From: Minisyncoccota bacterium
GTDB lineage: Bacteria > Patescibacteriota > Minisyncoccia > JAHIHE01 > JAGLIN01
Length of the DNA stretch: 64,000 nucleotides
Direction: 5' to 3'
NCBI GenBank assembly: GCA_041661265.1
Contig: JBAZUT010000001.1
Location: 1,854-65,853, forward strand
Shown here: in pieces, positions 20,608 to 31,156 of the stretch
How the letters are laid out: each line of letters opens with the position of its first letter
Numbering within the stretch: the stretch's first letter is position 1
Notes under the pieces: model-generated
Told to the model about the DNA's origin: nothing
Database searches by the model: none
The model's input: only the letters and a program-made list of their open reading frames with translations
Position numbers and translations under genes: made by a program

Positions 20608-20758
20608 ATAAGTCTTAATAGATAATTACCATGCTGTTATTATCATATAATAGATCCTGTGTATTTGAAAGAGGATATTTTTTCGCCTCACATTTTTTTC
20701 TGACGCTCCGGCGGCCGCCGGTTTTCTTCGCCATACACCTTGACAAAACGCATATTTT

Positions 20759-21130
20759 TTGATAGTCTTTCATTGCAAAAAGGAGGCATTGTTTTTGACA
20801 GGAGAAAATATAATAGTTGTCGTAGAAGCGAATATCGGCCGCGAAGACAGAGAAAGCGGAGAAAAAGTCATCAGGGACGCCGCATGGGATATTGTATCCC
20901 GCGTATTGATCACGGAAATTATCGGCTTAGTGTCAAAAGCTTCGCTGATTCTCAACATGATCGATGCTCCGTTTAAAGATACGAAAGTGTATGTGCAAAC
21001 ATATATAATAGGCGGCTACCCCAGGGAAGAAGAGGTGGAAGATATAAGAAAATCGTTCGCGAAAATACCCTGGTGCGTTAAATCGCAGATAGTCACGATA
21101 CCTGAGAAAAATTTAATAAAAATAATCTGA
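20759..21130 (+). CDS. Hypothetical protein (true start probably downstream of AGGAGG at ~20781)
   Basis: TTGACA at 20740, AGGAGG RBS, terminator after the stop. Confidence 0.55.
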   Translation: MIVFHCKKEALFLTGENIIVVVEANIGREDRESGEKVIRDAAWDIVSRVLITEIIGLVSKASLILNMIDAPFKDTKVYVQTYIIGGYPREEEVEDIRKSFAKIPWCVKSQIVTIPEKNLIKII

Positions 21131-21266
21131 AGGGCCGTCGCTCTTTTTTTTCTATTTTACCCGCCCGATAGATTTTTTTGGAACACATTTTCGCATATGC
21201 GATGACCGGCGTTGCACGCCGATCCGCACTATGATAAGGTGAAATTAATAACAACTATGTTTTAAT

Positions 21267-21698
21267 ATGACCAGCAATAATAAGATCGAGAAAAAAGAGC
21301 TCTATGACGCTTTCAAGGATGACGACGTCAAAGAATACCAAGAAGAAGCAAAACGGCGCTGGGGCGCAACCGATGCCTACAAGCAGAGTATGAAAAAAAT
21401 CGGAAAACTTACCAAGGCCCAAATGGAAAAACTGAAAAAAGACGGCATTGAACGCACCAGAGAAATTGCCGCCGGCATGGACAAGGGCGTCGGGGACAAA
21501 AAAGTGCAGGAACTTATTGCCCGGCACTACCGGGGCATCCAATTTTTCTATGACTGCCCTCTTGAAATGTACCAGAACCTCGGAAAAATGTACGTGGATG
21601 ATCCCCGCTTCACGGCCCACTATGACAAGCACCGCCCGGGACTTGCTGTTTTCATGAGAGATGCTATCGCATATTTCTGCGAAACAAATCGGAAATAG
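21267..21698 (+). CDS. TipAS antibiotic-recognition domain protein
   Basis: YQEEAKRRWGATDAY...VQELIARH...LGKMYVDDPRFTAHYDK.RPGLAVFMRDAI. Confidence 0.9.
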   Translation: MTSNNKIEKKELYDAFKDDDVKEYQEEAKRRWGATDAYKQSMKKIGKLTKAQMEKLKKDGIERTREIAAGMDKGVGDKKVQELIARHYRGIQFFYDCPLEMYQNLGKMYVDDPRFTAHYDKHRPGLAVFMRDAIAYFCETNRK

Positions 21699-21761
21699 CT
21701 TGCGAATTTGCCGTTCATTGCAGGGAACATATTGAGCGCATTTGTGTGACTACATCCCTCT

Positions 21762-21839
21762 GCCATTCCCGACCTGATCGGGAATCCATTTAGTACGAAA
21801 TATTTCAATTTTATTGGATTCCTGCGTTCGCGAGAATGA
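21762..21839. repeat. REP-like palindromic element
   Basis: ATTCCCGA-cctga-TCGGGAAT hairpin plus GGATTCC...GAATGA partner, intergenic. Confidence 0.55.
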
Positions 21840-21948
21840 AAAATTGCACGACAGGTATAGTTTTGGCAACGACCTATCGTATCGGGTTATCCTTTGACAT
21901 CAATATCTTATTTAAGATAGAATGACATAAATGAATAAAGGAGGTAAA

Positions 21949-22575
21949 ATGCCCAAAAAAATAAACTACATAAAAAAGATCATACAGGAAGCGGAAAGAT
22001 CCCTGAAGAGAAAGGAGAAACAATCGATCAGCCACCGGATGGACCACATGGAACGGGTCTGGAAAAGGGCCAAAGCAATTGCCATGAAAATGATGGAAGA
22101 ACTGGATATCGTGATCGATATGGAAGCACTGGAAGCAGCCTGCCGCCTCCACGATCTGGACGAATCCTATGAAGGGAAAAAAGCGGACCATGTGGAAAAC
22201 AGCATGACGGACGGAGAAACGCTGATGCGGAAGATCAAGTATCCTCCATGCAGAAGGCGCAAAGTCCTCCAGATAGTCTCGGAACATTCCTCGGAGAGCA
22301 TCAGGACGCCGACCAGCATTGAAGCAAAGATACTGTTCGATGCGGATAAGCTCGACGGCCTTGGAGCCATAGGGATCGCCAGAGTATTCGCGCTGTGCGG
22401 ACAGCAGGGACTGAGCATCGCCGAAACCGCAAAGTGGTATCGCGCCAAAATACAGAAAGCAATTCCATATATGCAGACGGACATCGGCAAAAAGCTCGCC
22501 GCAAAAAATCTGCCATATGTGATCTCATATCTTGAAAAGATCGAGAAGGAGCAGGCGGAACTGGAAGCCATCTAA
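21949..22575 (+). CDS. HD-domain phosphohydrolase
   Basis: H..DHMERV, LHDL, EHS, LFDADKLDGLGAIG; AGGAGG RBS. Confidence 0.9.
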   Translation: MPKKINYIKKIIQEAERSLKRKEKQSISHRMDHMERVWKRAKAIAMKMMEELDIVIDMEALEAACRLHDLDESYEGKKADHVENSMTDGETLMRKIKYPPCRRRKVLQIVSEHSSESIRTPTSIEAKILFDADKLDGLGAIGIARVFALCGQQGLSIAETAKWYRAKIQKAIPYMQTDIGKKLAAKNLPYVISYLEKIEKEQAELEAI

Positions 22576-22681
22576 TAAAGATGGTTTATTTTTTTCGGAT
22601 AAATCAAGGTTCAAAAAAATCCGCCAAGACGTCATGCCGGGTGGTTTTTTTATTTGCTTTTCCGGACTTTTGCATGCCCTA

Positions 22682-23521
22682 TCAGCTTGAGATCGGGAGA
22701 TTATCGGAAGAAATAAGCTCAAGCAGGGCTCCTTTATTTATTTCCCAATCGCTTTGATAATCTTTCGATATTTCCACCGTGATAGCCGGATTTCCTGTCA
22801 TCTCCTTGAACCACTTCGTCGCCGTACCCGAATAATCCCAGCCGCCATAGAATTCGTATCCGGTCCTAGCGGAATACCATTTTGCCAAGGCGACGGAAGG
22901 TTCACCTGCTTCCGGCGAGATCAGATTTCCGTGAGCGTGGAAAGATATCATGGCCTTCGGTTTATACTGCTCGACAAGATCCCTGATCACGCGACTCTCA
23001 CTTTCGGAGAATGGCGCCGGACCGGCATAGTTCCCCTCGGGTCCGTATTGCTCCCACAAGGAAGTAGCGAAATTCAGATTCAGATTAACGCCGCTGGCAT
23101 TCAGCTTGTCTGTCCGGTCCTCATATCCGTCCGGATTGGCAACCGGAATAATGATCAGTTTTTTTGACTGGGAAACAATGTCAGGATCCAAAGAGATCTC
23201 CAGCACCAGGCGATTGAGAAGATCGGCCGTGCCCATCTCGTTGCCATGGATCGCCGCAAATATCAGCAGACTGTCTTTTCCCGACCCGATCTCATAGCCC
23301 TCAATGTTCTTCCCCTGCTGCGACTGACCGAAAACCTTCTTTTCGATCTTTGTTTCTTCCGGAACTTTGATTTCTTCTTCGTCAACCGTTGCGATTTCAT
23401 CCGAAGGCGGCCGGATGATATTGTTCGCGAAAAGGGAGTATCCGCCCGCCAAAAATACGAACAAAAAAATTACGAGATAATACAATAAGGAATTTTTTCT
23501 TTTTGCATAATATAATTCCAT
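22682..23521 (-). CDS. M14 zinc carboxypeptidase (MpaA-like), membrane anchored
   Basis: IHGNE, NPDG, GVNLNLNF, SESE, SFHAH, TVE. Confidence 0.85.
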   Translation of the reverse strand: MELYYAKRKNSLLYYLVIFLFVFLAGGYSLFANNIIRPPSDEIATVDEEEIKVPEETKIEKKVFGQSQQGKNIEGYEIGSGKDSLLIFAAIHGNEMGTADLLNRLVLEISLDPDIVSQSKKLIIIPVANPDGYEDRTDKLNASGVNLNLNFATSLWEQYGPEGNYAGPAPFSESESRVIRDLVEQYKPKAMISFHAHGNLISPEAGEPSVALAKWYSARTGYEFYGGWDYSGTATKWFKEMTGNPAITVEISKDYQSDWEINKGALLELISSDNLPISS

Positions 23522-23692
23522 CTTTGTTCCCTTGGAAATTAAAAAGTACTTTTCGTCCCATGCTTATTACATCGGATAACATCGGGATTTTGCATGTATA
23601 TTGTCAATATATCAAATTACATCCGTCCGGGCAAAAAAAACCCGCGAATTTTCGCAGGTAAATATGCTATTTTTTTTTGAAGTCTCTTCGGC

Positions 23693-24175
23693 TCAAAATT
23701 CCGACAAGAATAATATTATTATGGCTTCAATGAAAGAAGTGATCAATGATGCCTTGGCTCCGGCGATCATGGCTCCCGCAAATCCGTTCAGCAGATAAGC
23801 GGCGGATGCCGCCTGAATGAAAAAATGCGCAGGAAGAGCCAGCAGCAGAATAATAATGACTATATTTTTTATGGATATTATCTTTTGGTCGAAATCGAGC
23901 TGCCGGCTTACTATTTCCAGAGCGCACCAGAATATTCCGATCACCAGCGCCGCAGCTACTGTAATAATTATGCCATATATTATTGTTACAAAGTTGCGCG
24001 AGACTATATAGTCAATGACCAATACTGCGATGATCGCCAATATTATCGTCAAGATCGCAATATTTTTTCCATACAATCGCAGAGACCTTTCCTTCATGTC
24101 TTTAAGCTTTCCCTTAATCGCAAAGACCCATTCCAACACCGTTTTTTTATTTTTCTTTTCCTTTCCACTACTCAT
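23693..24175 (-). CDS. Hypothetical membrane protein
   Basis: GGAGG RBS, four hydrophobic segments. Confidence 0.65.
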   Translation of the reverse strand: MSSGKEKKNKKTVLEWVFAIKGKLKDMKERSLRLYGKNIAILTIILAIIAVLVIDYIVSRNFVTIIYGIIITVAAALVIGIFWCALEIVSRQLDFDQKIISIKNIVIIILLLALPAHFFIQAASAAYLLNGFAGAMIAGAKASLITSFIEAIIILFLSEF

Positions 24176-24223
24176 CTTTTCCCTCCTTAGTTCATTAAAT
24201 TCAGCCAACACATTTATTCCCTT

Positions 24224-24586
24224 TTATTCAGGCAGATGCCGGTTTCTTGCTTCAGCCGTACAGTGTTCGCAGAAACGTATCCTCAAGCACGGCACATCGA
24301 CATATTCTCTCCCGTGCTTCTCACATATTTTACTTGATATCAGCGTCAGTACGGCAGTTCCGGATTTGGCATTCATAATGCCATTATATTTAAAACCATC
24401 TTCTTTCAGCCTCTTTAGATACAAATTCGACACAACGCCGTTGCACCTCGGAGTAATTCTGGAGATGTCGAACAGATAAACGCGATCGGGAATGTCCCGA
24501 GGTTTAAAAAGAATGTTTCTTTTTTCATCTCCTTTCACATTTATTCCTAATTTTTTCAGAACATGGAGAACTATATTTTTATTCAT
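24224..24586 (-). CDS. Hypothetical protein with C-terminal Cys/His motif
   Basis: CEKHG...C...FCEHC; GGAGG RBS. Confidence 0.6.
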   Translation of the reverse strand: MNKNIVLHVLKKLGINVKGDEKRNILFKPRDIPDRVYLFDISRITPRCNGVVSNLYLKRLKEDGFKYNGIMNAKSGTAVLTLISSKICEKHGREYVDVPCLRIRFCEHCTAEARNRHLPE

Positions 24587-24739
24587 TACTTTTTTCCTCC
24601 CCCTGTTCGCGAAAAATGTTTCGCGATCTTTTTTGAAAGTCTTCCGGTTTTAGCTGATGCCTTTTCTCTTTTTTCTTTCCACTTCCATTGTTCATCTTTT
24701 CCCTCCTTCAAGTTTTACGTTATGCGCACCGACGCAATA

Positions 24740-25096
24740 TTACGCATGACACACATTTGAATCTTTTTTTATTTTTTCATCCCGCTGCGAGGCCCCTACC
24801 TGACGCATGTTTTCAAATTCCGTTTTCATGTATTTGAATACCCTTTTTGCATGTTCGCAAAGCTTATTATCCAAAGCCCTTCTGATCGCTATTAACAATA
24901 CGATCAATGAATAAATATTGATCATTGCCAGATCCACGCCTTTGTACATCAGGTAAAATTCGACAGCAAACAAAAGAATGAACAGCCTGATCTCATAGCA
25001 AACAAATATAGCAAGCACCAGCGGGTCTATGATCGCTTCAGTAAACGCTGATCTGTTTTTTTTCGTTCTATCATTTACATTATTATCTTTTTCCAT
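24740..25096 (-). CDS. Hypothetical membrane protein
   Basis: GGAGG RBS, two hydrophobic helices. Confidence 0.6.
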   Translation of the reverse strand: MEKDNNVNDRTKKNRSAFTEAIIDPLVLAIFVCYEIRLFILLFAVEFYLMYKGVDLAMINIYSLIVLLIAIRRALDNKLCEHAKRVFKYMKTEFENMRQVGASQRDEKIKKDSNVCHA

Positions 25097-25404
25097 ATTT
25101 TTCCTCCATCTGATTCCTTTCCAAAGATACCGGGATCCCTTCCTTCTCTTTGAAACAGGGAATATAGGCGCAAACAGTGTTTATGCCCATGTTACCTGCT
25201 TAAAAGTTTTGGATTGTAAATGTGCAGCTAAGCCCTCGATAATTAATCAGAGTTCTTCTAAGTTTACCTTTTTAAAAGATAAACTTGGAAAAAGTTGGAA
25301 GTTAAAAAATCTTAACTTCCATAATTGTTATTTTTTTTAACAACCAACAAACCTTTTTATTATTTCTTGTCTGCAATCTTCCTCGGCAGGTTTATTATTT
25401 TTAT

Positions 25405-26019
25405 CTATTTTTTTTCGAAACAACGGACAGATTGAGCATAACTTTTAGGAGTAGCTACAGATGAACTGCCATTTAAACCTATCAAGCCTATTTCATAACT
25501 GTATGCCTCCCTCGAAAGGCGGTGCCAATGAGGCACATTGAGATCATCATCGCACCAAAAATACGCGCGATTACCCTGATCTTCAAACACTCTGTCAACG
25601 CTATATCCACAGCAAACCTTGATACAGTGTCTCCCTGCAAAAACAATGTTTGGAATGCTTAGCCCATATATTTCCCACTCGTCACTGTTTGGCATAAATT
25701 TTCCAGCTCTCCGAGTTTCACGCCTTGCTGCTCTCCATGAAAAAAGCTGCTCTCCTTTAAATTTTCCATGAAGGAATTCGCAAATATCTCCTTCCGGATT
25801 CATTAAAAAGCTTTTTTGTCCCAACCACCCCCTCCAGATTTTCTCCCAGCCAGCGGAGTCAACATGGAAATTCCTTTCTTCTAACTTCAATATTACCTTT
25901 GTATTTTCATCCATTTCTTTTTCATCTTCTCCTGCCAAAATTGTTAGAATATTCTCTTTCTCTTTGGAGCAGGCAACCTGGACATTCATTATATTAAATG
26001 CCCATATTGTCTGCTTCAA
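25405..26019 (-). CDS. Hypothetical protein with FISUMP-like C-terminus
   Basis: P..DEW...FAG....QG..AYFW...SVRC pattern. Confidence 0.55.
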   Translation of the reverse strand: MKQTIWAFNIMNVQVACSKEKENILTILAGEDEKEMDENTKVILKLEERNFHVDSAGWEKIWRGWLGQKSFLMNPEGDICEFLHGKFKGEQLFSWRAARRETRRAGKFMPNSDEWEIYGLSIPNIVFAGRHCIKVCCGYSVDRVFEDQGNRAYFWCDDDLNVPHWHRLSREAYSYEIGLIGLNGSSSVATPKSYAQSVRCFEKK

Positions 26020-26039
26020 AGTTTTTTGTTTTCGTTATT

Positions 26040-26270
26040 AATTCGATTTTCAAGGTGCGATCCCTGCCTTCAAAAAACGATCAGAGGCAAATAAAAAACC
26101 TTCCCATAAACAAAAAACGCTCTTATCACTAAGAGGTTATTCAGGAAAGGTCCTTAAATTTTTATAAAAGACGAACCAAGCTAACCCCTTAATGATAAGG
26201 GGTTCTGACGATCCAACTGCACCTTTGTTTCGAACTGTGAATTATACGTCATAGGATTTTTTGATACTAA
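26040..26270 (-). ncRNA. Candidate structured cis-regulatory leader RNA
   Basis: Promoter TTGACA-17-TACACT (~26277-26305, minus). 18-bp helix 26182-26199/26122-26139 with two G-U pairs on this strand; competing hairpins and a U-tract. Confidence 0.45.
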
Positions 26271-26380
26271 CTTCAAAGTGTATCATACAATTTTGGAAAT
26301 GTCAAGCCCGGCCAGCACACATGCTACGTTCTATCTTCAACGATAAAAAATCCCCTCGGCGGTGCCGGGAGGAGTCGGTT

Positions 26381-26779
26381 TTATGTATTGACGATCTTTG
26401 CCCGGATATCAGGCCACTTCATGCTGATCCTTTCAAAGATTATTTTCGCCTGGTTGGCGGTTTTTTCCAATAACTTTTTTTCTTCGTCCGGTCCGCTCAT
26501 GGCGGACAGAAATCCGATGAATCTCTTGTAAATAAATTGTTCTCCATCTCTGGTTGTGGACATCAGCCGGACAAAATATCTGCGTCCTACAATTTCCGTA
26601 AAGAACAAATAATTGTCCGAAACGACATTCTGGCTTTTTTGGATCTCGAATGTCGCCATGATCTCAATGGGGTTTCCGTTTTCGATCGCCGCCTGTGCAA
26701 AATCATTTAGTGTTTCCGCCTCCGGGGGAAACATATTCCTTATGAACCTCAGTATTGGTCCTATTATTCTATCGAACAC
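26381..26779 (-). CDS. Hypothetical protein
   Basis: GAGGTG RBS, GTG start, own promoter and terminator. Confidence 0.6.
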   Translation of the reverse strand: MFDRIIGPILRFIRNMFPPEAETLNDFAQAAIENGNPIEIMATFEIQKSQNVVSDNYLFFTEIVGRRYFVRLMSTTRDGEQFIYKRFIGFLSAMSGPDEEKKLLEKTANQAKIIFERISMKWPDIRAKIVNT

Positions 26780-26891
26780 ATAATCACCTCTTTTGTTGCC
26801 TTCATATTAAATGATTGACGGAGTTTGTCAATGAATTCTTTATGGCGGCCTTCGAAAAAAAAACTGCTATCGAAAAAAAAATAAAGGTGAT

Positions 26892-27383
26892 TTATTCACC
26901 TTTTATCCTGTTCACCTTGAAAATAAGTATATTCTCGAAATATTTATTCGCAGCCTTTGCGAATCTCTTTGCATCCTTTTTGGAAATAAAGTACATATCT
27001 TTGAGCAGATATTCTCCTTCAGTATCTTCATAATTATTCAAGAATAAATTATATGAATTGGACACAAGATAAACATTATTCAGCTTCCTGGAAATAATTC
27101 CACATGCAACCAATAGAATCTGCTCCCAGAAAAAGAATACGCCTTTATCATTACCGCCTTTCATTTTCAGCGATTCCATGTGTGATTTTATATACATTTT
27201 ATTCTTTCCCTCCAGATATAATGGCCAATTTATTTCCGTACCATTTTTATTCAGAATTATTCGGAAATGGTTTTTCATTGCCTCTTTATCGTCATTGGTT
27301 GTTTCTTTGTCATCAAAAAATGAGTCAATGAATTCACTGGCCTTTTCAAATAGAGTTTGTTTCTTCAAAGTTTTTTTCTTCAT
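26892..27383 (-). CDS. Hypothetical protein
   Basis: GGAGGT RBS, TTGACA upstream. Confidence 0.6.
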   Translation of the reverse strand: MKKKTLKKQTLFEKASEFIDSFFDDKETTNDDKEAMKNHFRIILNKNGTEINWPLYLEGKNKMYIKSHMESLKMKGGNDKGVFFFWEQILLVACGIISRKLNNVYLVSNSYNLFLNNYEDTEGEYLLKDMYFISKKDAKRFAKAANKYFENILIFKVNRIKGE

Positions 27384-27540
27384 GTTAAAGACCTCCGCCT
27401 GCTATTTGCGCAGAACTGGACAAAATAGCATGGAAAGTTCATTTTGTCAACAGTCCATGGCAAAACCAAACGGCTTTTTAAAGCCGGCCATCTTGACAAA
27501 CAGCAAAAGATGGTGTAGTATCTCGCAGGAGGCTTCGACA

Positions 27541-27846
27541 ATGATCACGCCAGATTTTATAATGGATGCCCTTGGAGCAATGTTTTTTTTGGGCGCGGCT
27601 TATTTTGGACTTTGTCTGATATTCAGAAAATCTATATGGAACTATCCGCCTATAGCATCAATGTATATCGCCATTGTGATATATTCAGTGTTTTCCGGGA
27701 TAGTGCTCATCCTGCAAATAGCTATTTCGAACACAGCTATCATTCTTTTCTGCATAGTCACATTCGTCTGGGGATACATCACCAGCCGCCTGCCGGCAAG
27801 AAAAGTAGAAAAAGAAATAATAATTGAAACAAATAAAGGCACCTGA
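27541..27846 (+). CDS. Small membrane protein, paralog of 32029..32334
   Basis: AGGAGG RBS; GLCL..KS.WNYP motif; ends KGT* overlapping a terminator hairpin. Confidence 0.7.
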   Translation: MITPDFIMDALGAMFFLGAAYFGLCLIFRKSIWNYPPIASMYIAIVIYSVFSGIVLILQIAISNTAIILFCIVTFVWGYITSRLPARKVEKEIIIETNKGT

Positions 27847-27892
27847 ATGCCTTTTTTTTATTGTCTTCAAGCTCGGATCGGATCGAAGCAAT

Positions 27893-28819
27893 TCAGGAAA
27901 AGAATATCATTATGATCGAGGTGGAAACGAATCCAAGCAGGATCGAAAGCGAGATTATTTCCGCGGCGAATTCTTTGTCCAAATTCTCCAGCGATGAGAA
28001 CGTCAGAGTGTTATAGCCTACCGGCGCGGCGGAGGAAAGGAGCACGATCGTCCTCGTCAGCCCCTCAAGACCAAACACCTGCGAGAAGATCAATCCGAGA
28101 ATGAATCCGAAAAACATCCTGATCAAAAGAACGCAAGCGGCGGGAGCGGCATGTTTTATATTAAGACTGAAATATATCCCGAGCGCCAGCATGACGAGGG
28201 GCGTGACCATGTTTCCCAGAAGCTGGAAAAAATCATCCGCCACGCCGGGCATGCGAATGTTGTAAGCGTTGAGGGTGATGCCGATCATAAGCGCCCAAAG
28301 AAGCGGAGAGAAAAACAATTTTCTCGATATGCTTTTGGGATCATATCCATTGGTTCCATATTTACAGGCGACATAATATACGAACGTAAATACAACCAGC
28401 GCGTTTCCGAGATCAAACAAAGAATATCTCGCCATCCCATCTTTGCCATAGACAGCGATCACAAAAGGAAGGATGAAGTGGGTGTTCATGATCATCGAGC
28501 CGACCAGGAAAACCCCAAGGGTCGGCCTTTCAAGACCCAGCTTCCTACCCGTCGCGCGAGCAAGCACCGAGGTGCACAAGATGATGAGCATGGCGATCAC
28601 CGGAAGATAAATGAAAGCGAACTCAAGCGCGAGGCTCGAAACTGAAACAATGACGAGAGACGGCGCCGCCGCATAAAAAACTATCTTCAAAAAAAGGTCC
28701 GCGTCTTCTTTTTTAAAAATGCCGATCCTTTTCAGGATGTTTCCCGATAGAAATATAAGGAATATGGGCGCGATCTTTATTATTATCTCATTCATAGGAT
28801 TGCAATTTAGCAGTTTCAC
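27893..28819 (-). CDS. AEC (auxin efflux carrier/malate permease) family transporter
   Basis: About 10 TM segments, APIFLI..G, FSPLLWAL, P...LALG, AAPVG. Confidence 0.85.
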   Translation of the reverse strand: MKLLNCNPMNEIIIKIAPIFLIFLSGNILKRIGIFKKEDADLFLKIVFYAAAPSLVIVSVSSLALEFAFIYLPVIAMLIILCTSVLARATGRKLGLERPTLGVFLVGSMIMNTHFILPFVIAVYGKDGMARYSLFDLGNALVVFTFVYYVACKYGTNGYDPKSISRKLFFSPLLWALMIGITLNAYNIRMPGVADDFFQLLGNMVTPLVMLALGIYFSLNIKHAAPAACVLLIRMFFGFILGLIFSQVFGLEGLTRTIVLLSSAAPVGYNTLTFSSLENLDKEFAAEIISLSILLGFVSTSIIMIFFS

Positions 28820-28999
28820 TTTCTATATCCTAACAAATTTCCGAAGTTTATTCAAACAAAAACGCGATGACGGAGTAATAATTAATGCTTTTTTTAAAAG
28901 TACGGATTATTCTATATCTTATTTTGTATAAAAAAAATCTCCCTGCAATATTTTATGATATCGCGAGAGAGATCAAATGTTTACTTATTCCGATTTTGT

Positions 29000-31156
29000 T
29001 TATTCAAACAAAACCTTACGAAGTCTTATCAATTCTTCTTTTGTCAAGTCACCCAGATTCTTGACTTCCAATTTGACTCCTTCAGCAAATTCTTTTTGCC
29101 TTAACTCCGACGTTGTTTTCTCTATAGTATTTTTGAATTCCGCCGGAGACTCATATGCTTTTTTGGCTAATTCTCTTGCCTCTTTTTTCCCTACATATCT
29201 ATATCCTATCTTTAGAGTACCTTGTACTACTGGTGCCGAAAATGCAATAAACTCAAGATACTCCAAATCAATATAATATACCGTTTGGTTCAATACATTA
29301 TCTGGAATATTTCCTTTTATTAAAACGGAACTTAAGTTTACTGAATTCTCATCTTTAACACTATACTCATAACTAAGGCTATAGTTATATTGAGGATAGG
29401 ATAGCCTGCTAAGAAGATACATAGGTTTACCGTCATATAAAATTGTTTTATTGAAAGTATAAACTTCGGTCTCAATACCTTTATTTAGTATGTATTTATC
29501 CTTAATACTCTCGTACTGGACTATAGCTGCTTCCCAGCTATCCGAAGTTACATTCCTTTTCAATTTTATATCCTTGTTTTCAAGGATGTAATTCAAGCAA
29601 GACGAAACCTTCCAAGTCTCTGGCTGTGAATCAACGCCCGAAAGAGTACAGGCATTTCCTTTTATTACCAATGTCATTTCCTCATTCAAACTGTACATTC
29701 TCGAATTAGGTACTGACAATATAGGTTTTGATTCTTCAATTTTCTCCAGCTTTACATCGTCGATATAATATATATCTCCTGCCGCTGCTTGGGACGCAAG
29801 CCAGAACATTAAGCGTCCGTCATTTACCGCACCGGTAAAACCGGTTGTGGTAAATTCAGTCGTAAATGTCTGCCAGCCAGTGCCAAGATTAACATAATAA
29901 TCCGGCATATAAGGAGTATATGGCGATGCGTGCTTGATCAGCCTAACCTTTATATTTCGACCTACATTCGAGTAAGCCGCAAAGGTCAACCGATATCGCG
30001 TATTCGATTCCAATACTACTCCAGCTTGATACAACTGGATATTTGAACTGTTGCCGGTAATTGCAAGCTTTGCAACATTTCCCGTAACGTTGGAAGGCTC
30101 AATACTGAAAGTTCCTGCTTTTTTTGCATAAAATATCCAGGGCAATGTTCCTGATTCAAACCCGCTGTCGCCAATAATATTTACTGGGGTTGGTTCCGGG
30201 GTTAGTTCTGGCGTGGGTTCCGGAGTCGGTTCCGGAGTCGGTTCCGGCGTGGGTTCTGGAGTTGGTTTTTCGAGCTCAAAAGTTATCCTCCTATCCGCAT
30301 CGGAATAAAAGGAATAGGAATCACTTGGCGTGATATTCTGTAGTTTATTTGCCCATGCCCATTCCGGATTATCCATAGCAGGATCGTAGAATATCCATGC
30401 GCTATTGGACCAATTATAATGCCAGACTATTACTCCTGTAAGATTTTTAAAAATCTTTGTGCTGGTTACACCTGATTCTTTCGGTGCTTGCCAAACATTT
30501 CCATCTGGCACTCCGGTAGCAAGGTTCAATGTTACAGACCATGGCTGGACCGGAGTAATTACCGGTTCAGGAGTTACTTCGGGGGTTGGTGCCGGAGTTG
30601 AAACTGCCGTAGGAGCTACGGTTGGCTCCGGAGTTGCTACGGGCTTTTCTTCTAAAGTGACGAATACATCAGAACTACTGAAATCAACTCTTTTTGTTTG
30701 AGTTCTATATTCCGAACTTTCAAAAACAAGTAATTTACCAGTATCTCCTTGGCAAACCTCAACCTTAAACGGAGTAGTGCCTATCCAGCCTACATTAAAC
30801 TCAGTTATATCAATTCCTGACGGACTGGATGAAATTACCAGATATTTGCACTGCGAATACGCAATCGGTGTATCTGAAATAATTATATCCGCAAAGGAGT
30901 TTGTAACTCTTTTGACTGTTATATAAATATGCCCGTGAGCCGTATTTATTGCCCCTTCCTGGTAAAATACATCTTCTCCTGAAATGGTTAATGTAACCAA
31001 ACACCTTTCTCCGCATCCGAAATCTTTTACCACAACATCATATCCCGGATACTGATCTCCTTTGTGCATTTCCACTGCACCAACTGTCGATGGTGCCATC
31101 AGAAGCACCATTGCGGCAAATATTATTGCCCTTACTATGTCTCCATTTCTATTCAT
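29000..31156 (-). CDS. Secreted multidomain protein with Pro/Thr/Glu linkers and a CBM4/9-like carbohydrate-binding domain
   Basis: Signal peptide, (PTPE)n repeats, N..GDSGFESG...YRLTFAAYS...WQTFTTEFTT...YYIDDVKL. Confidence 0.8.
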   Translation of the reverse strand: MNRNGDIVRAIIFAAMVLLMAPSTVGAVEMHKGDQYPGYDVVVKDFGCGERCLVTLTISGEDVFYQEGAINTAHGHIYITVKRVTNSFADIIISDTPIAYSQCKYLVISSSPSGIDITEFNVGWIGTTPFKVEVCQGDTGKLLVFESSEYRTQTKRVDFSSSDVFVTLEEKPVATPEPTVAPTAVSTPAPTPEVTPEPVITPVQPWSVTLNLATGVPDGNVWQAPKESGVTSTKIFKNLTGVIVWHYNWSNSAWIFYDPAMDNPEWAWANKLQNITPSDSYSFYSDADRRITFELEKPTPEPTPEPTPEPTPEPTPELTPEPTPVNIIGDSGFESGTLPWIFYAKKAGTFSIEPSNVTGNVAKLAITGNSSNIQLYQAGVVLESNTRYRLTFAAYSNVGRNIKVRLIKHASPYTPYMPDYYVNLGTGWQTFTTEFTTTGFTGAVNDGRLMFWLASQAAAGDIYYIDDVKLEKIEESKPILSVPNSRMYSLNEEMTLVIKGNACTLSGVDSQPETWKVSSCLNYILENKDIKLKRNVTSDSWEAAIVQYESIKDKYILNKGIETEVYTFNKTILYDGKPMYLLSRLSYPQYNYSLSYEYSVKDENSVNLSSVLIKGNIPDNVLNQTVYYIDLEYLEFIAFSAPVVQGTLKIGYRYVGKKEARELAKKAYESPAEFKNTIEKTTSELRQKEFAEGVKLEVKNLGDLTKEELIRLRKVLFE

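Noticed and set aside
23693-27383. Prophage remnant
   Set aside because: A run of co-oriented orphan ORFs, but no recognisable capsid, terminase, portal or integrase gene.
30185-30265. Short tandem repeat as CRISPR/VNTR
   Set aside because: 12-nt units encode a PTPE linker inside a CDS; no spacers or cas genes.
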